Source: an uncultured Anaerolineales bacterium (GTDB lineage: Bacteria > Chloroflexota > Anaerolineae > Epilineales > Epilineaceae). Taken from it: a stretch of 64,000 nt of DNA. The translations under genes and the position numbers were made by a program. This document shows positions 60,380 to 64,000 of the stretch, piece after piece (within the stretch, counting starts at the first letter, position 1; each line of letters starts with the position of its first letter). The stretch covers positions 2,071 to 66,070 of the forward strand of contig CAZJWJ010000005.1 in NCBI GenBank assembly GCA_964549495.1, in the 5' to 3' direction. The notes under the pieces were generated by a model. That model saw only the letters and a program-made list of their open reading frames with translations. It searched no databases and was not told where the DNA came from.

Positions 60380-63300
60380 ATGCTCCGCCTGCCGCGCGTC
60401 GCGCTCCTCGCGGCGCTGCTCCTAGCGAGCCTGACGACGGCCCGCGGTCTGGTCTCCGGCCAGACGCCGGCCGAAGGCCCCTTGGCCGGTGGCCGCTGGG
60501 AAACACTGGCCAACGGTGATCGCATCTCGCGGATCTTGCACGAGGACGATGTGATCTGGTCGGCCACCGATGGTGGCGGCGTGCTTCGCTGGTCGCAGGC
60601 GGATCGAAGCTCCGAGCAGTACCTGGCGCCCCAGGACGGTCTGGCCTCGAATCGGGTCTGGGACCTGGCCCGCGACGCGCAAGACCGGCTCTGGGCGGCC
60701 ACCGAACGGGGTCTATCGCGCTACGACGAGGCCGCGGACCGCTGGGTGACGATCACGCCCGAGCAGTCCGAGGGCATGCCGGCCCGGGTGGTGCGCGCCC
60801 TGCTGCCGGCGGCCGAGGGCGGTCTGTGGGTCGGCTTCGGGCAGGAATGGGATCCCGAGCTGCCACATCCCCGCACCGGCGCGCCGGGAGCCTTCGCGCC
60901 CGGCGGGCTAGCCCGCTACCTGCCGGACGAGGACCGCTGGGTGGACCGTTTCGTAGCAGAGATCGAAACAGATCTGCAGGGCAGCCGCTACATCTCGCTG
61001 GCCTCCGACAACATCACCCGGCTGGCCTATGGTTCGGACGGAATCCTTTGGGTGGGCACACAGCCCTATTACCTCTGGGACCGGTCGGCTTGTGGCGACG
61101 AGTGCAGCCCGGAGGATGGCGCATGGATCAGAGCCGGCGGCGGTCTGGCGGCCTATCAGGGCGGGGAATGGGCTCGCTGGAATGCCGCGGACAGCTCGGC
61201 CAGCTGCTATCCCAGCCACGTAACGGACCTGGCCGCCGATGTCGACGGTCGGATGTGGGTCGGCACCCTCGGCCGAGGCCTCTTGGTCTTGCGCCAGGGC
61301 TTGACCGTGCGCAGCTGTGCCGCGGGCCTGGCCTACTACACCCAGCCGCGGCGGGCGAACATCGAGGGCGGCTTGCGTGGCAACACCGTCTGGTCGGTCG
61401 ATGTGGCGCCGGACGGCAAGATCTGGATCGGCCACGGCGAGGGCAACGACGTGGGCCAGGGCATCGCCATCCTGGACCACAAGGGCACGTTTTCCGATTC
61501 CTCCGCCTGCGATAGCTGCCAGAGCGACGACGACTGGAGCTACGTCGACCTGGATGGCGTGGCCGGCGAGAGCGACGCCTTGGTGACGCAACTGCTCGTG
61601 ACCGGCCACGACGAAGTCCTGATGGGCACCCGCGACCACCGCAAGGGCGACGGTGAGGGCATCCGGCGTTACCGACCCAGCCAGGGCAGCTGGGAAGCCT
61701 TCCGCGACGCCGAGGACGGTTTGCCCAGCAACCACGTCCGCGCGGTGGAGGTCAATCCGGTCGACGGCAAGCTCTGGCTGAGCTTCGAGCGCAGGGGGGT
61801 CGCCCGTTTCGACGGCCAGCGTTGGCAGGGCTGGCGCATGTTCGGAGCTGGCCCGCAGGTCGGAAGCGTCACGCTGGAGTCGCGCGCCGGCTACGCTCTG
61901 GTACAGGTCGACATCCCCGATCGAGAGGCATATCAGGAACGCTTCCCGGTGCAGCCGGCCAGCGTCCGCGTGGCCGAGCATCCGATCGTCTACTCGGTCA
62001 AGCGCTACAAGGATCCGGCCGGCAACACCCCGGCCTACCTCGAGCTCAGCCCGCCGCTGATCCAGCCCGTCTCCGCCGGCGACGCGATCCGGGTGGTCGA
62101 CCGCGGGCCGGCCAGCGACGCGAGCACCCAGATCGACTTCACGCCCGATGGTGCGGCTTGGATCGGCGGTCGAGAGACCGTGTGGCTGGGCGAGAACTGC
62201 CCTCCGGATCGCAAGCGCAGCGGCGAGTGCTGGCTGGATGGCGGCGTGTCGCGATTCGACGGACGACATTGGCGCAACTTCGATGAGGCCGGCAGCCAGA
62301 TCCCGGATCAAGAGGTCCAGGCGGTGACGGTCGACAGGGCGGGTCAGGTCTGGATCGGCACCGGCGACGGCGGATCGGAAGGCGACGGTATCGGAGTCTA
62401 TAATCCCCAGACCGCCAGCTGGACCGTCTACGAGCGATCGACCATGCCCGGCGACAGCCGTATGGGCAGCAACGGCGTGGCAGACATCGCCATCGACCCC
62501 GAGAACGGCGACGTCTGGACCGCGCACCACGCGGTCGTCCAATACACCCAGAACCTGGGCGGAGGCTGGTCGCGCAGCTACATCGGCGGGGGCGTCTCGC
62601 GCTGGGACGGCGCCCGCTGGACCACCTGGAGCAAGCCGGCGGCCAACCTCAAGGCCTTCGGTGTGGGAGGGGACGTGCGCAAGCTGCTGGTCGACCGCGG
62701 CCACGGCCGCATCTGGGCCGGCACTTGGTCGCCCGCCGAGAGCTTCCACTGGCTGCAGGGTTACGGCATCGACGCCACCCTGAACTGGTGCGCGCTGGAA
62801 TCCTGCGGCAACCAGGAATGGCAGTCCAAGGTCTGGCCGGGCGACGGCATCGTGGCCGCCCTGGCGCAGGATGCGAACGGTCATGTCTGGGCTGGCACCC
62901 ACCGTAATGGCGCCGGCAAGGTCCCACCCGTGGCCGGGATCAAGCTTTACGACGGCAGCCGGTGGTTCGAGTACACCGCCGAGAACAGCGGCCTGGTTTC
63001 CAGTGAGGTGACGGCCCTGGCGCGCGAAGGCGAGTCGATGTGGATCGGCACGCTGGACGCCGGGCTCTCCCGCTGGTCCCCCGCCCTCCCGCCGACGGCG
63101 ACGCCAAGCCGGGCGCCGGCCAGCGCCACCCCGCCGCCCTCCATCGAACCCAGCCCGACCTCGCTGGCCACCCGCCCGACGACCACCCCTAGCCGGACGC
63201 CGGGGCCGAGCCGCTGCGGGGCCGGCCAGCCTTGTCATCTCTTCCTCCCGGTCGTCCAGCTGCAGGCCAGCTGCCTGGGCTGCGGCCGGGCCACCGCCAC

Positions 63301-64000
63301 CCCTGCGCCCGCCACCGCCACCCTCGGGCCCGGCAGCCCCCAGCCCAGCCCCACCGCCACGCGGCAGCCGAGCGCGACGGCGACGCCGCGACCCGGCATC
63401 ACGCCGAGCGCGACTCCCGTGCTACCCACCCCGACCGAGCGGCCCGAGCAGAGCGCGACCCCCTCGCCGACCTCCACGCGCACGCCGACTTCGACCCGCA
63501 CGCCCACCTCGACGGCCAGCGCCAGCCCGACCGCGACGCGCCAGGCCGAGCTGGCGCCCATCGGCACTTGGAGCATCTACGATCCCGGACCGCTGGCACG
63601 GTTGCCGCGCGAGAACCTCTACGACGTGGATGGCACGGCGGCTGACGACGTCTGGCTGATCGGCGCCGCCGGCACCGCGCTCTACTGGGACGGCACGCAG
63701 CTCCTGCAGGAGACCCTGCCGGGCCAGAGCGACCTGCGCCGGATCCAGATGCTCTCGCAGCGCCGGGGCTTCATCGCCGGCGACGAGGGCACGGCCCTGG
63801 AGATGCGCTCCGGGCGCTGGGTGCGCGCCAACACCAACGCGGTGATCGACGATTGGCGCGGCCTGGCGGTCTTCGACACCATCGACGGGCCGCGGGGCTG
63901 GCTCCTGGGCGCCGGGCGAGGAAACCGCCTCTTCTTCGACGGCAGCAGCTGGAACACCACCTCGCCGGACGATCGGAACACCGGCCACAGCTACAGCGGC
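60380..64000 (+). CDS. large secreted protein with two-component-regulator-propeller (Reg_prop-like) beta-propeller repeats and PT linker; 3' end beyond window
   Basis: Absent from the supplied ORF track because it has no in-window stop. Frame 2 was checked at several points (MLRLPRVALLAALLLASLTTARG…; VGTLGRGLLVLRQGLTVRSCA; NPQTASWTVYERSTMPGDS; LPRENLYDVDGTAADDVWLI; SPDDRNTGHSYSG) with no stop seen. Repeats such as VWSVDVAPDGKIWIG, VWDLARDAQDRLWAAT and GHVWAGT. PT-rich linker ~63.1-63.5 kb. Confidence 0.65.
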   Translation, partial: MLRLPRVALLAALLLASLTTARGLVSGQTPAEGPLAGGRWETLANGDRISRILHEDDVIWSATDGGGVLRWSQADRSSEQYLAPQDGLASNRVWDLARDAQDRLWAATERGLSRYDEAADRWVTITPEQSEGMPARVVRALLPAAEGGLWVGFGQEWDPELPHPRTGAPGAFAPGGLARYLPDEDRWVDRFVAEIETDLQGSRYISLASDNITRLAYGSDGILWVGTQPYYLWDRSACGDECSPEDGAWIRAGGGLAAYQGGEWARWNAADSSASCYPSHVTDLAADVDGRMWVGTLGRGLLVLRQGLTVRSCAAGLAYYTQPRRANIEGGLRGNTVWSVDVAPDGKIWIGHGEGNDVGQGIAILDHKGTFSDSSACDSCQSDDDWSYVDLDGVAGESDALVTQLLVTGHDEVLMGTRDHRKGDGEGIRRYRPSQGSWEAFRDAEDGLPSNHVRAVEVNPVDGKLWLSFERRGVARFDGQRWQGWRMFGAGPQVGSVTLESRAGYALVQVDIPDREAYQERFPVQPASVRVAEHPIVYSVKRYKDPAGNTPAYLELSPPLIQPVSAGDAIRVVDRGPASDASTQIDFTPDGAAWIGGRETVWLGENCPPDRKRSGECWLDGGVSRFDGRHWRNFDEAGSQIPDQEVQAVTVDRAGQVWIGTGDGGSEGDGIGVYNPQTASWTVYERSTMPGDSRMGSNGVADIAIDPENGDVWTAHHAVVQYTQNLGGGWSRSYIGGGVSRWDGARWTTWSKPAANLKAFGVGGDVRKLLVDRGHGRIWAGTWSPAESFHWLQGYGIDATLNWCALESCGNQEWQSKVWPGDGIVAALAQDANGHVWAGTHRNGAGKVPPVAGIKLYDGSRWFEYTAENSGLVSSEVTALAREGESMWIGTLDAGLSRWSPALPPTATPSRAPASATPPPSIEPSPTSLATRPTTTPSRTPGPSRCGAGQPCHLFLPVVQLQASCLGCGRATATPAPATATLGPGSPQPSPTATRQPSATATPRPGITPSATPVLPTPTERPEQSATPSPTSTRTPTSTRTPTSTASASPTATRQAELAPIGTWSIYDPGPLARLPRENLYDVDGTAADDVWLIGAAGTALYWDGTQLLQETLPGQSDLRRIQMLSQRRGFIAGDEGTALEMRSGRWVRANTNAVIDDWRGLAVFDTIDGPRGWLLGAGRGNRLFFDGSSWNTTSPDDRNTGHSYSG

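Noticed and set aside
60908-63238. 776-aa minus-strand ORF
   Set aside because: Antisense shadow of the large Reg_prop secreted-protein gene (60380..end). Low-complexity translation.

Overview
This 64 kb window is ~70% GC bacterial chromosome, probably a Chloroflexota/Thermomicrobia-like or other high-GC Terrabacteria lineage. No rRNA, tRNA, CRISPR array or transposase/integrase was recognisable by eye. Because of the GC content, almost every real gene carries long antisense 'shadow' ORFs with Arg/Ala/Gly/Pro-rich translations, and these were rejected.

The core is a conserved housekeeping block on the + strand. It runs uppP, a sugar-phosphate isomerase, nusA (preceded by a promoter and a terminator-like leader hairpin), infB, rbfA, nrnA, truB and ribF. 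Downstream lie era, rsgA, queA, argH-argG, ybaK, an RluA-family pseudouridine synthase and MscS. Interspersed are secreted Pro/Thr-linker proteins, two paralogous GH5-like glycosidases, a HExxH metallopeptidase, a VWA protein, a HiPIP, and a PQQ-dehydrogenase/di-haem cytochrome c/DsbB redox module.

The most unusual locus is a tightly packed minus-strand cassette at about 29.3-36.5 kb; four of its five gene junctions are ATGA stop/start overlaps. It encodes an MtaD/DadD-like amidohydrolase, two B12-binding radical-SAM enzymes, two SAM methyltransferases (one with a Trm112-like zinc ribbon) and a SPASM-type radical-SAM enzyme. A further methyltransferase is transcribed divergently. The cassette is flanked by a membrane-anchored LuxR-HTH/Kelch propeller protein on one side and a secreted Kelch propeller protein on the other. 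No precursor peptide or core scaffold gene is visible, so the product or substrate is unknown.

A long + strand ORF at 60380 to the window end is absent from the supplied ORF track because it has no stop inside the window. It encodes a secreted protein with two-component-regulator-propeller repeats.

All domain assignments rest on motif recognition by eye, not database searches.
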